From contig CAMSQM010000006.1 in NCBI GenBank assembly GCA_947062675.1, positions 14,848-78,847 on the forward strand: a stretch of DNA of 64,000 nucleotides, read 5' to 3'. Positions 31,898 through 41,822 of the stretch are shown here, in pieces (within the stretch, counting starts at the first letter, position 1; each line of letters begins with the position of its first letter). The notes under the pieces were generated by a model. It worked only from the letters and a program-made list of their open reading frames with translations, had not been told where the DNA came from and did no database searches. Made by a program: the position numbers and the translations under genes. The stretch is from an uncultured Roseburia sp. GTDB taxonomy: Bacteria; Bacillota; Clostridia; Lachnospirales; Lachnospiraceae.

Positions 31898-32458
31898 TCA
31901 GTTAAACTGGTTCATCGCCTGATCTGTCTCCTGGCGCAGAATCGCCTCCGCGGCTTCCACGGCCCGTCCGATGGCTTCGTCAACGCTTTTGCGGTCTTCC
32001 GCGTCAAAACGGCTGAGCACATAATCCGCCAGGTCCCAGCCAGCCGGTTTTTCGCCGACGCCGATTTTGATACGTTGAAAAACATCCGTTCCAGTCAGTG
32101 AGATAATGTTCCGGATACCGTTGTGTCCGCCGGCGCTTCCTTTTTTCCGGATCCGGATCCGGCCGGGTTCCAGGCTGATGTCGTCAAAAATGACGAGCAG
32201 CTCCGTCTCCGGATCTGCTTTATAATAATGAAGCAGTTCTGCCACGCACTCCCCGCTCAGATTCATAAAAGTCTGCGGCTTTGCAAGAATTACGCTGGTT
32301 TGTCCGATGATGCCTTTTCCGAAAAGGCATTTGTGCTTTCTGGTGCTGATATCGATCCTGTATTTTTTTGCGATGGCATCCACGGCGTCAAAACCTGCAT
32401 TGTGCCGGGTATGTTCGTATTTCCGGCCGGGATTGCCAAGCCCTACTATCAGAAACAT
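31898..32458 (-). CDS. pth: Peptidyl-tRNA hydrolase
   Basis: GLGNPG, TRHNAGF, KPQTFMNLSG, GGHNG. Confidence 0.97.
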   Translation of the reverse strand: MFLIVGLGNPGRKYEHTRHNAGFDAVDAIAKKYRIDISTRKHKCLFGKGIIGQTSVILAKPQTFMNLSGECVAELLHYYKADPETELLVIFDDISLEPGRIRIRKKGSAGGHNGIRNIISLTGTDVFQRIKIGVGEKPAGWDLADYVLSRFDAEDRKSVDEAIGRAVEAAEAILRQETDQAMNQFN

Positions 32459-32575
32459 GTTTTTCCTTTCTTAAAATGAAGCAGATTTGATTTATGTTTA
32501 AGTTCCATTTTACAGAAGTTTTCGGATTTTACAAGAGGGGTTTTTGTGGGTTGACACAAAAAATGTAAGGCGATC

Positions 32576-32604
32576 TTGAAACTGCCGGAAATGGGGTATA
32601 TAAT
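32576..32604 (+). promoter_or_regulatory. SigA promoter for the DGC at 32682
   Basis: TTGAAA-N17-TATAAT. Confidence 0.65.
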
Positions 32605-32681
32605 AAATAAAAGTGCTGGTAAAATTGTTCAAAAAGTATTATGAAGCTGCCGCAGGCGGCATCTGAGGAAGTGAGGGAAAT

Positions 32682-33887
32682 ATGCACACGAAAAGTAGTT
32701 CTCCGGAAAGTGTGGGGAAGAGAAAGAAACGCAGGATCCGGGAATCGGAGCTTATGGAATGGAAAAGGGTGACGCTTTATCCATTGTATGATATATTTGG
32801 CTGGACGCTGCTGGTACAGGTTATACTGCTGTTTGTGTTCAGTCCGTCGGAGCATATGAGCCGGATGGAATATTTTATGGCCTACGTGGGAATTCCAATG
32901 GCAGGACTCCTGGCAGTCATTCTGTGTCTTAAGTTTTTCCTGAACAGGCTGGCAGGGCGTTACGCAAACACAGAGGTGGCAGTTATTACGATTATATTCC
33001 TGAATCTGTATTCAGGAATCTGTCTCTGCAGTTTCGGGAATCTGTCGTATATGATGGTGGTGGTATTCTTTCCCATCATAATAGCACCTGTATATAAAAA
33101 GAAAAGACTGGTATATATTCAGGTCGTCATCAGTTTTCTGATTCTGATCTACGGGGAGCTCATTCATGTTCCGTATTTTAACAAAGACAACCAGGTGCAC
33201 GGGTCGGTGGTTGAAGTTGGCGAATGGAGGATCGGGGAAGCATTTACCGTGTGGGATTACGAGTCACAGCTGGTAGTGAGCGGAGTAGTGCTCCTGCTCC
33301 TGTTTTATGCGATGGTTCGCTTTGAGCTCGAGGTGATGAAGACTACTAATATGCTCAGCGAACAGGGGAGTCGGGATTCGCTGACGCAGCTTCTGAACCA
33401 CGAAGCATTTTATGAGGTGCTGGATGAGCAGATGCAGCAGTTTGAGGGCACAAAAGAGAAGTTTTCAATTATTGTGGCCGATATAGATAATTTTAAAAAG
33501 GTGAACGATACATACGGGCATGCTTTCGGGGATGAGGTAATCCGGCAGGTGTCCGAGGTGCTCAGGAAGGTCTGCGACAGGCGTGATGTGTGTGCGCGCT
33601 ATGGAGGGGAAGAGTTTTCCGTGATTCTTCCGGGAAGGAATCTCCGCGACGCGGCGGAGCATGCGGAGCGTATCCGGCAGAGATTTGAGAACACTGATTT
33701 TACGACGGAGGAGGGCGAGACACTGCATTTTACACTCAGTCTGGGGGTTGCAGAACACAATCAGAAATACCAGACGGCAAGTGCATTTTTTGAGCGGGCG
33801 GACAAAGCGCTGTACGAGGCGAAGCGCACGGGTAAGAACCGTGTGTGCTGCTGGAGACAGGGCGGCCTGCCGGAGCAGGAGGGCTGA
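32682..33887 (+). CDS. Membrane diguanylate cyclase (multi-TM + GGEEF)
   Basis: RDSLTQLLN, DIDNFKKVNDTYGHAFGD, ARYGGEEF, RADKALYEAK. Confidence 0.92.
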   Translation: MHTKSSSPESVGKRKKRRIRESELMEWKRVTLYPLYDIFGWTLLVQVILLFVFSPSEHMSRMEYFMAYVGIPMAGLLAVILCLKFFLNRLAGRYANTEVAVITIIFLNLYSGICLCSFGNLSYMMVVVFFPIIIAPVYKKKRLVYIQVVISFLILIYGELIHVPYFNKDNQVHGSVVEVGEWRIGEAFTVWDYESQLVVSGVVLLLLFYAMVRFELEVMKTTNMLSEQGSRDSLTQLLNHEAFYEVLDEQMQQFEGTKEKFSIIVADIDNFKKVNDTYGHAFGDEVIRQVSEVLRKVCDRRDVCARYGGEEFSVILPGRNLRDAAEHAERIRQRFENTDFTTEEGETLHFTLSLGVAEHNQKYQTASAFFERADKALYEAKRTGKNRVCCWRQGGLPEQEG

Positions 33888-33901
33888 AAAGCCCTCTTTT
33901 T
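33879..33901 (+). terminator. Rho-independent terminator
   Basis: GAGGGCT-GAAA-AGCCCTC-TTTTT. Confidence 0.7.
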
Positions 33902-33966
33902 GTATCAGGGAAGCGTGCCGCGGAAGCTGACCGCCGCGGGCAGAGAGCCCGGAAAAGCCGTATTTT

Positions 33967-34920
33967 TCACCGGACAAAGCGGCTGATCGCGTCGTTGAGG
34001 TTCTCGAGAACCTGCTCATCGCCGGTTTCCACCGCGTCCATAACGCAGTGGCTGATATGGTCTTCCAGGATGATTTTGCCGATATTGCTGATGGCGGAGC
34101 GGACCGCTGCGATCTGGGTCAGAACCTCGCTGCTGTCCCGTCCGTTTTCGATCATGGTCCGGACGGCTTCCATATGACCGATTGCCCTGTTCATGCGGTT
34201 GATAACAGCCCTGGTATTCTCCTGATGATGCAGACGCCGCTGTTTCCAGATGCAGATCTGGCGGTATTCCTGCAGGCGGCGCCCGACTTCGGACGGTTTT
34301 GGGTGAGAAAGGATAAAATGGTAATCATTCCAGACGCGCTGGACTTCCACAGTGGCTTCTTTGACGGTTTCCAGGTCTTCCGTGTCATATTTCATGAAAA
34401 AATACGGCTCAAATACAGCTCCCAGGATGAGACCGGCACAGCAGTCGTTCCGCTTTTCACCCAGATTATCCAGATGGGGGAAATGCGCGAGGTATTCCGT
34501 GATGCCGATGATCAGATCAAAAAACATATGCGGGGAAAAGCCGTCTTCCAGTTCGGTCCGGCTCAGATCCTCTCCGGCGGGCAGATCAAAAAGATCCTGC
34601 TTTTTTTCATCCCAGTACATACTGGAACATACGTCGAGCGCCGCCGTGAGCACAGGGATAAATTTCTGAAAAATCTTTGCTTCATACAGGTGCCCGGGAT
34701 GCCGGCGCCCGGAATACAGGTGGTCATGCATGGCGTCGAGAATTTCGCCAAAATCTGCCAGGCCGCTGCACGCATCCATCTTCGACAGTATCAGAAAACA
34801 CTGATTTGTGCGGCAGAGACTCAGCAGGCACCAGAGTTTTACCTGACGCTCGTCCATATCGCCGGCCAGTTCCCGGATTTTCCGGAATTGTTTATCAAGA
34901 TAGGTTTCGTTCTGGGACAT
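33967..34920 (-). CDS. Fusion of an unknown ~230-aa helical domain with a C-terminal CsoR/RcnR-family domain
   Basis: C-terminal NRMNRAIGHMEAVRTMIENGRDSSEVLTQIAAVRSA..LEDHISHC is CsoR/RcnR-like; GGAGG RBS before ATG 34920; single open frame. Confidence 0.75.
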   Translation of the reverse strand: MSQNETYLDKQFRKIRELAGDMDERQVKLWCLLSLCRTNQCFLILSKMDACSGLADFGEILDAMHDHLYSGRRHPGHLYEAKIFQKFIPVLTAALDVCSSMYWDEKKQDLFDLPAGEDLSRTELEDGFSPHMFFDLIIGITEYLAHFPHLDNLGEKRNDCCAGLILGAVFEPYFFMKYDTEDLETVKEATVEVQRVWNDYHFILSHPKPSEVGRRLQEYRQICIWKQRRLHHQENTRAVINRMNRAIGHMEAVRTMIENGRDSSEVLTQIAAVRSAISNIGKIILEDHISHCVMDAVETGDEQVLENLNDAISRFVR

Positions 34921-35201
34921 TGTGCGCACCTCCCCGGTTGTGTTCTGTCTGAAATTTTACTATACTTTAAGCATTCTGACAATTCTTTCTTTCACTTTCC
35001 GGGGAGGGGAGAAACCGGATATTCACCGCAGAAGGCGTCGGGAAGCCGGAAGCTGTGTCTGCAGCGTGGTGAACCACAGGGGTATATGGCTGTGGAATCG
35101 AGAGAACTTTAAACTTTAGAAGAGAATTTACAACGGGGATATTTTCATGTATACTGGTGAAAAACGGAGTAATATAAAGAGCGCATACAAGGAGAGATAT
35201 A

Positions 35202-36662
35202 TTGAAGAAGATCAGGATTAACAGGAAAAACGTAATTCCCGTCCTCCTTACGATCCTCTGCATTCTGTCTGCGGGGGGATGCGGGGACAGCAGGGACGGC
35301 AGGCTGGTCACGGGGAAATATTACTATCCTGAAAAGGATACACAGGAAGCGGAAGATTCTGCGAAAAACGGGCAGAAGGAGGAGAGCGGGCAGGAAACGC
35401 CGGAGAGGGAAGAGAGCGCGCCGCTTTCCGGGGCAGGGGACGATATCGCCGGCGCAGAGCTTTTTCTGATCATGGGAAATGATATGCAGAGGCAGAGTCT
35501 GCTTTTAAAGCAGCTGGCATCCGGAAAACAGTACAAATATCAGTATTCGCTGGCAACGCGCTTTCTCGATAAATATGGGAACCGCATGCCGGTGTCCGGT
35601 TTTGACTGCGGAAGAATCATTGAGATCGGGGAGAGAGACAACAATGGAAAAGTGATGCAGGTGCAGATTTCAGACGACGTCTGGGAGTATCCGGACGTCA
35701 GACGCTATTCCGTGGACGGGCAGCACGGCGCGTTTGTCATCGCGGACACGAAATATCTGTTCGATGATTCGCTGTATGTCAGTTCCGACGGCAGGGTGCA
35801 GGAGCTCTCGGATCTGACGGAGCTGGATACTTTGCGGGTGATCGGCAGGGGGCGGAAGCTTTTGTCTGTGACCGTGACGACCGGCCACGGAAAGCTCTCG
35901 CTCACGAACACGGAGTTGTTTGACGGCAGCCTGATTCAGATCGGAAACCGTATTTTTCAGGAAATTACAGGACCGATGACGCTGGAGCTTGCGGAGGGGA
36001 CGCATCTTGTCACGGTGGCCAACGACGGCTATGGAGGCAGCACTGAGGTCACGGTGGAGCGTGGAAAGGAGACGGTACTGGATCTGAATACCTTAAAAGG
36101 GGAGGGGCCGAAGTTTGGAAATGTGTTGTTTGCCGTCGACGTGGAGGGAGCTGTGCTGCAGATTGACGGGAAAGTCGTCGACTACAGTGAGGTGATCGCG
36201 CTGAAATACGGGGTGCACACGATTACGGTGACGGCTGATTCCTATGAGACTTACACGAAAAAGCTGTATGTCAACTCTGAGGAGGCCACGATCGTCATAG
36301 GACTGACAGGACAAAATCCCGCTCAGGGGAGCGCAGGAGAACAGGGCGGGAGTTCTGAGGAGAGTTCAGAAAAAAAAGATACGGAAAACAATACTTCCGG
36401 GGATACGGCCGGGAGCGGCGCGGCAGGCGGCCAGGCGGGCAGTCTCGCCGGAAGCCAGGCGGGCAGTCTCGCCGGGAGCGGCGGTAACGGAACGGGAACC
36501 GGCCAGGGGACGAATAACGGCCAGAATCTTGATAACATTATGAGCGAGGCGGAACTCAATACCATTGTGGATGAGCTTCTGGACAATAAGGATGATGAGA
36601 ATATGTCGTCGTCTGATTTCCTCACAACGCTTGGCGATCTGGTGGACAAAATTGTGGATTAA
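35202..36662 (+). CDS. PEGA-domain lipoprotein
   Basis: TTG start with AAGGAG RBS, lipobox LSAGGC, PEGA-like GTHLVTVANDGY and GVHTITVTADSY, Gly/Ser-rich tail. Confidence 0.75.
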   Translation: MKKIRINRKNVIPVLLTILCILSAGGCGDSRDGRLVTGKYYYPEKDTQEAEDSAKNGQKEESGQETPEREESAPLSGAGDDIAGAELFLIMGNDMQRQSLLLKQLASGKQYKYQYSLATRFLDKYGNRMPVSGFDCGRIIEIGERDNNGKVMQVQISDDVWEYPDVRRYSVDGQHGAFVIADTKYLFDDSLYVSSDGRVQELSDLTELDTLRVIGRGRKLLSVTVTTGHGKLSLTNTELFDGSLIQIGNRIFQEITGPMTLELAEGTHLVTVANDGYGGSTEVTVERGKETVLDLNTLKGEGPKFGNVLFAVDVEGAVLQIDGKVVDYSEVIALKYGVHTITVTADSYETYTKKLYVNSEEATIVIGLTGQNPAQGSAGEQGGSSEESSEKKDTENNTSGDTAGSGAAGGQAGSLAGSQAGSLAGSGGNGTGTGQGTNNGQNLDNIMSEAELNTIVDELLDNKDDENMSSSDFLTTLGDLVDKIVD

Positions 36663-36912
36663 CCGGCTGGATTTTACCGTCCCCGGAGTGCGTGGCGCCC
36701 TGTATGTACTCCGGGGATTCTGTGCGGGTGCGGACGATAATGATGTGTTACAGATTGTGGTAAAGTTTCAGGAATTTTACTTGAAAAAATAGTACCGGGA
36801 AGCTAAGATATAAAGTATAGCGGAATGTCTGGGCGTAAGGGGCTGGCAGGTGCAGTGCTCCTGCCGGGGCGCGCAGGGATTGTGCGGAGAATAATACAGG
36901 AGGAATGAAAAG

Positions 36913-38646
36913 ATGGGTTATAGGGAAACGTATGAGGCATGGCTGGACAATCCCTACTTTGACGAGGCGACAAGGGAGGAGCTTAAGGGCATCGCCGGCG
37001 ATGAGAAGGAGATCGAGGAGCGCTTTTACATGGATCTGGAGTTTGGAACGGCAGGTCTGCGCGGAGTGATCGGGGCGGGCACGAACCGCATGAATATCTA
37101 TACTGTGCGCAAGGCGACACAGGGGCTGGCGAATTATATTCTCAAAGTGGGGGCACAGGCAAAGGGAGTTGCGATCGCTTATGATTCCAGAAGAATGTCG
37201 CCGGAGTTTGCGGATGAGGCTGCGCTCTGTCTTGCGGCAAACGGGATTAAGGCGTATGTATTTGAGTCGCTGCGGCCGACGCCGGAGCTCTCTTATGCAG
37301 TCCGCAGGCTGGGCTGTACCGCAGGAATCAATATCACGGCAAGTCACAATCCGCCGGAATACAATGGCTATAAGGTGTACTGGGAGGACGGTGCGCAGAT
37401 CACACCGCCGCATGATACAGGAATCATGGATGAAGTGCGCGCAGTGACAGATTATGCGACTGTTAAAACGATGTCCCTGGAGGACGCGAAGGCAGCCGGT
37501 CTGTATCAGGTGATTGGCGCGGATATCGATGATCCGTATATTGAAGAGCTGAAAAAGCTGGTGCTTCACCAGGACTGCATCGACAAAGTGGGTGCGGATA
37601 TGAAGATCGTCTATTCCCCGCTTCACGGCACTGGAAATATCCCGGTGCGCCGTGTGTTAAAAGAGCTCGGATTCCCGAATGTTTATGTCGTGCCGGAGCA
37701 GGAGCTTCCGGACGGAGAGTTCCCGACGGTCAGTTATCCCAATCCGGAGGCGGCGGAGGCGTTTGAGCTTGGCCTTGCCCTTGGCAGAAAGGTTGACGCA
37801 GACCTGATTCTGGCCACTGATCCGGACGCGGACCGTCTGGGCGTGTATGTAAAGGATTCCAAAACAGGAGAATACCACAGCCTGACCGGAAATATGTCCG
37901 GTTGTCTGATCGGGGATTATGTGATCGGACAGCGCAGGGAGCTGCACGGACTGCCTGAGGACGGCGCATTTATCCGCTCGATTGTTTCGACGAATATGGC
38001 GGATGCGATTGCGGCGCACTACGGGATCGCGCTGGTCGAGGTGCTGACCGGATTCAAGTTTATCGGGCAGAAGATCCTGGAGTTTGAGAATACCGGTAAG
38101 GGAACATATCTCTTCGGCATGGAGGAGAGTTACGGGTGTCTCACGGGAACTTATGCGAGGGACAAGGATGCCATTGTCGCTTCCATGGCGCTGTGCGAGG
38201 CAGCTGCTTACTATAAGACGAAGGGTATGACCCTGTGGGACGCAATGCTTGCAATGTATGAGAAATACGGCTACTACAAGGATGATGTAACGTCCATTAC
38301 CTTAAAGGGCATTGAGGGTCTGGCAAAGATTCAGGAGATCATGGATACCCTGCGCGCGGATGCACCAAAACAGATCGGCAGCTATCAGGTGACCGCTGTG
38401 CGCGACTATAAAAAGGGCACGATCACGAATATGGCCGATGGTTCGGAGCGTCCGACAGGACTCCCGTCTTCAAATGTGCTCTATTATGAGATGACGGACG
38501 GGGCATGGGTGTGCGTGAGGCCGTCCGGCACAGAGCCCAAGGTAAAATTCTATCTCGGTGTAAAGGGAAGCTCCATGGAGAATGCGGATGAAAAGTCGGC
38601 GGCACTCTCCAAAGAAGTACTTGCAATGATTAATCAGATGCTGTAA
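36913..38646 (+). CDS. pgm: Phosphoglucomutase/phosphomannomutase
   Basis: FGTAGLRG, ITASHNP, DPDADR, GMEESYG, RPSGTEPK. Confidence 0.93.
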   Translation: MGYRETYEAWLDNPYFDEATREELKGIAGDEKEIEERFYMDLEFGTAGLRGVIGAGTNRMNIYTVRKATQGLANYILKVGAQAKGVAIAYDSRRMSPEFADEAALCLAANGIKAYVFESLRPTPELSYAVRRLGCTAGINITASHNPPEYNGYKVYWEDGAQITPPHDTGIMDEVRAVTDYATVKTMSLEDAKAAGLYQVIGADIDDPYIEELKKLVLHQDCIDKVGADMKIVYSPLHGTGNIPVRRVLKELGFPNVYVVPEQELPDGEFPTVSYPNPEAAEAFELGLALGRKVDADLILATDPDADRLGVYVKDSKTGEYHSLTGNMSGCLIGDYVIGQRRELHGLPEDGAFIRSIVSTNMADAIAAHYGIALVEVLTGFKFIGQKILEFENTGKGTYLFGMEESYGCLTGTYARDKDAIVASMALCEAAAYYKTKGMTLWDAMLAMYEKYGYYKDDVTSITLKGIEGLAKIQEIMDTLRADAPKQIGSYQVTAVRDYKKGTITNMADGSERPTGLPSSNVLYYEMTDGAWVCVRPSGTEPKVKFYLGVKGSSMENADEKSAALSKEVLAMINQML

Positions 38647-38754
38647 TTCCTTACAGGTCCGCTTCCGGCATACATTCCGGCATCGTCCGGCCGGGGAACT
38701 GTTTTTGTTCCGGTCCGGGCGGTGGCGGATCCCCTTTTCGTTTTTGGATTTTCC

Positions 38755-38783
38755 TTGACAAAGGGAATAAAAACAAGTATATA
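38755..38783 (+). promoter_or_regulatory. SigA promoter for hup
   Basis: TTGACA-N17-TATATA. Confidence 0.7.
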
Positions 38784-38856
38784 TATGGAAGGCAGGTATT
38801 TTCGGAAGAATCCTGATACCTAATTCAGATTGAAACCTACAGGAGGAATTTGCGAC

Positions 38857-39132
38857 ATGAACAAAACAGAACTGGTTACAGCGATAGCTGAGAAAGCCGA
38901 AATCAGCAAGAAAGATGCAGAGGCGGCATTGAAGGCTTTCACGGATGTTATCGCTGAGGAATTAAAGAAAGGCGAGAAAATTCAGCTGGTCGGCTTTGGA
39001 ACATTTGAGGTATCAGAGCGCAGGGAGAGAGTCGGCAGGAATCCGCAGACCAAGGAAGAGATGACGATTCCGGCATCGAGGGCTCCCAGATTTAAGGCGG
39101 GAAAAGCGTTAAAAGATATGATCAATGACTAA
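38857..39132 (+). CDS. hup: HU DNA-binding protein
   Basis: MNKTELV..GFGTF..RNPQT..PRFKAGKALK; AGGAGG RBS. Confidence 0.97.
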   Translation: MNKTELVTAIAEKAEISKKDAEAALKAFTDVIAEELKKGEKIQLVGFGTFEVSERRERVGRNPQTKEEMTIPASRAPRFKAGKALKDMIND

Positions 39133-39228
39133 TGTTTCATTTTCACATAGAGATGGTGTAAGAGTGGATTCCGCGCTGACCGCAGGGGTCTGCTCTTTAT
39201 TCATTTTTAGCGTGGGAAGAAAGGAAGG

Positions 39229-39477
39229 ATGAATATGAGACTGGACAAGTTCCTTAAGGTATCCCGTCTGATCAAGCGGCGCACGGTCGCAAATGAGGCC
39301 TGCGATGCGGGGCGCGTGATGGTCAACGGCAGGACCGCCAGGGCATCCTTAAGCGTAAAAGCCGGGGATATTATTGAAATCGGTTTCGGGACAAAGACGG
39401 TGAAGGTACGTGTTCTTAGCCTGCAGGACACAACAAAAAAAGAAGAAGCGAAAGATTTATTTGAATATTTATCATAA
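39229..39477 (+). CDS. yabO: S4-domain RNA-binding protein (YabO/RqcP-like)
   Basis: MRLDKFLKVSRLIKRRTVANEAC; conserved position before yabP. Confidence 0.9.
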   Translation: MNMRLDKFLKVSRLIKRRTVANEACDAGRVMVNGRTARASLSVKAGDIIEIGFGTKTVKVRVLSLQDTTKKEEAKDLFEYLS

Positions 39478-39556
39478 ATCAGGACACCTCCCAGTATAAT
39501 TATAAAAGCAAAGTCTGATTGCGACAGACAGGCAAGCGGACAGAGGGAGGTTATTT

Positions 39557-39847
39557 ATGGACGAGAGAAATAGCAGCACGGCGAAATCACATAAAGTCCT
39601 GCTGGTGAACCGGAAAAGCGGTGCGTTCAGCGGCGTGGTGGACGTCCTCTCTTTTGATGTGGCAGAAATACTGCTGGAGACGGAGCTGGGAATGCTGCTG
39701 ATCAAAGGGCATGATCTCCATGTGAACAGGCTCAGCCTCGAAAAGGGAGAGATTGACATAGAGGGGCGGATTGATTCCCTCACCTATTCAGATGTGAAAA
39801 GTGCGGGAAAACAGGCAGAGTCCTTTTTCGGGAGGCTGTTCCGCTGA
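39557..39847 (+). CDS. yabP: Sporulation protein YabP
   Basis: SGVVDVLSFD, LETELGML, IKGHDLHV, IEGRIDSLTY. Confidence 0.92.
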   Translation: MDERNSSTAKSHKVLLVNRKSGAFSGVVDVLSFDVAEILLETELGMLLIKGHDLHVNRLSLEKGEIDIEGRIDSLTYSDVKSAGKQAESFFGRLFR

Positions 39848-40299
39848 TGCCGGTCAGTGAGACGATTGTACAGGAGGCTGTTTTCCTCGGAACGGCCATT
39901 CTGGCGGGCGCAGGGCTTTTTTTCCTCTATGATATCCTCCGCATATTCCGGAGAATCGTCCCGCATGGAAACATCTGGATCGGGGCGGAGGATTTTCTGT
40001 ACTGGCTGATCTGCACGGGAGTCGTATTTGTGATGCTGTATCAGGAAAATGACGGCATGGTGCGTGGATTTGCGCTGGGCGGTGTGATTCTGGGGATGTT
40101 TCTGTATATTCTGCTGCTGAGCCGTCTGGTAGTAAAAGTGAATGTGCGCGTTATACGGACGGTGCTTGGGTTTCTTGGAAAAGTGCTGCGGATTGTTCTG
40201 CATCCGTTCCGGTGGATCTGGAAAAAAGTATGGGGCTTTTTCAGAAAACAATTGAAAAAGTTTATCCGGGCGGTTAAAATAGGGCTGAGTAAACGATAG
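39847..40299 (+). CDS. yabQ: Spore cortex biosynthesis protein YabQ
   Basis: Hydrophobic YDILRIFR..EDFLYW motif; coupled to yabP. Confidence 0.88.
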   Translation: MPVSETIVQEAVFLGTAILAGAGLFFLYDILRIFRRIVPHGNIWIGAEDFLYWLICTGVVFVMLYQENDGMVRGFALGGVILGMFLYILLLSRLVVKVNVRVIRTVLGFLGKVLRIVLHPFRWIWKKVWGFFRKQLKKFIRAVKIGLSKR

Positions 40300-40316
40300 A
40301 TTGTGGGGAAGAATAT

Positions 40317-40622
40317 ATGGGGAGATCAGGTAGAAACAGAAGAAACACGAATAACCGGGCCGGAAAGATCTGTATCGTCACGATTTTACTGGCTTTCATG
40401 GCGGTCATGTCTGTTCAGATTGTCAGGATATATGAGAAGAACCGGGAATACATAGAAAAACAGGCGGAGCTGGAAGTACAGCTGGAGTCTGAGATGGCGA
40501 GAAAGAATGAGCTGGAGAATTATGAGGAATATACGAAGTCCAGGCAGTACGTGGAGGACGTCGCCAGAAGCAAGCTGGGACTTGCCTATGAAAATGAGAT
40601 TATATTTAAGGAAAAAAAGTGA
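40317..40622 (+). CDS. divIC: Septum formation initiator (DivIC/FtsB family)
   Basis: Single TM, coiled coil, YVEDVARSKLGL; position after yabQ. Confidence 0.85.
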   Translation: MGRSGRNRRNTNNRAGKICIVTILLAFMAVMSVQIVRIYEKNREYIEKQAELEVQLESEMARKNELENYEEYTKSRQYVEDVARSKLGLAYENEIIFKEKK

Positions 40623-40627
40623 TGGTG

Positions 40628-40660
40628 ACGTCCCTGCAGGTGAAAAGCGGGGGCGTTTTC
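40628..40660 (+). terminator. Probable terminator after divIC
   Basis: ACGTCCCTGC-N9-GCGGGGGCGT-TTTC (two G-U pairs). Confidence 0.55.
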
Positions 40661-40688
40661 TGTTAAAAGACTTGGGAAAAGCAGGTGT

Positions 40689-41822
40689 GTGAATGTGAAG
40701 AACAGACGAAAAACCTGTCGGTCTGTGTGGTTCTGTCTTCTGCTGACAGTGCTGCTGATAACGGCAGTGCCGGTGTCCGGGGAAGAGAGCGGCGGACCGG
40801 AGGAAGAAGATACGGAAGAGACCGGTTCGCTTCTGCGGGAATACAGCGAATATCAGGAACGGTTTGCCGCGGTGGAAAACAGGGATCAGCTCGCGGAAAG
40901 CGGATTTTCCGTGATTGAGAAACAGATTTTTCCTCTGGAGACGGCCTGTTTCGGGGCAGTGACGTTTGTGCCTGCCATTGACCGGCGCTATCACCGGCTC
41001 GCCCTGTTTCTGACGGATGAGGACGGGGCGGTTGTTTACCGGACGGATGCCCTGGAGACCAATCAGCGCAATAAGGGGAAGCTTGCCCAGCCGGTTAAAG
41101 GGATTTCCGCGGTATCATTTCAGGATCTGAATGCGGACGGGCGGACGGATATTGTTATTATTTCGTTCTGCGTCAATCAGACGGGGGCTTACGCCGGGAC
41201 GCCATACAAGACGGGAGATGTCCTGTTTCAGGGGGAGAGAGGGTTTTACAGGGACTACCGGATCTCGGACAAGATCAACCGCTTCGGCATGAATAAGAGT
41301 GTTGAGAGCATCACTGCCTTTGTGCGGGACGGCGGGTCCACCGAATTTCTGTACACGGCCGCGACGAAGGACGAGCTTCTGAAAAACGGGTTTGTGATCG
41401 CTGAAGAACAGTGCTACCCCAGACGATTTGAGAAGCTGGGGCGCCTTGAAGTTGTGCCCGGAACCTACCGGATGGCCGATTTCTCGACGTTTATGATTTA
41501 TCTGATCGACGATCAGGGCTATATTGTGTGGAGTCTGCAGCCGATGGGCGATTACGAGGATCTCTACGCGTTAAAGGGCATTACCTGCCGTGATATTGAC
41601 GGGGACGGGATGAAAGATATTCTGGTGCTGGCGCGCTACAGCTATACAGATGCGGACGGTGAGACGGTTACACAGAACGATTACTCGGTTTATTATCAGC
41701 GCACAGGCGGGTTTTATGCCGGCACGGAAGTGAAAAAGGCTGTTTTCTGTGAGGACGATGATACGGTGGCGGAGCTTGTGGAGCGCGCGCGGGCGTACTG
41801 GGGGTGGAAATCAGAGTTATGA
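40689..41822 (+). CDS. Exported protein with two internally duplicated halves, each carrying a DxNADG/DxDGDG loop
   Basis: Signal peptide; QDLNADGRTDIV and RDIDGDGMKDIL; stop overlaps the next ATG. Confidence 0.8.
   Translation: MNVKNRRKTCRSVWFCLLLTVLLITAVPVSGEESGGPEEEDTEETGSLLREYSEYQERFAAVENRDQLAESGFSVIEKQIFPLETACFGAVTFVPAIDRRYHRLALFLTDEDGAVVYRTDALETNQRNKGKLAQPVKGISAVSFQDLNADGRTDIVIISFCVNQTGAYAGTPYKTGDVLFQGERGFYRDYRISDKINRFGMNKSVESITAFVRDGGSTEFLYTAATKDELLKNGFVIAEEQCYPRRFEKLGRLEVVPGTYRMADFSTFMIYLIDDQGYIVWSLQPMGDYEDLYALKGITCRDIDGDGMKDILVLARYSYTDADGETVTQNDYSVYYQRTGGFYAGTEVKKAVFCEDDDTVAELVERARAYWGWKSEL

Noticed and set aside
34048-35112. 354-aa plus-strand ORF (and similar long ORFs at 18227-19300, 16256-17098, 42646-43800, 58270-59199)
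   Set aside because: Antisense shadows of genes with clear family motifs; no RBS or recognisable motifs; expected in GC-rich coding DNA.
36431-36478. 24-bp tandem repeat (QAGSLAGS twice); also an 18-bp repeat at 43915-43932 and 43969-43986
   Set aside because: In-frame expansions in low-complexity protein tails; common and uninformative.
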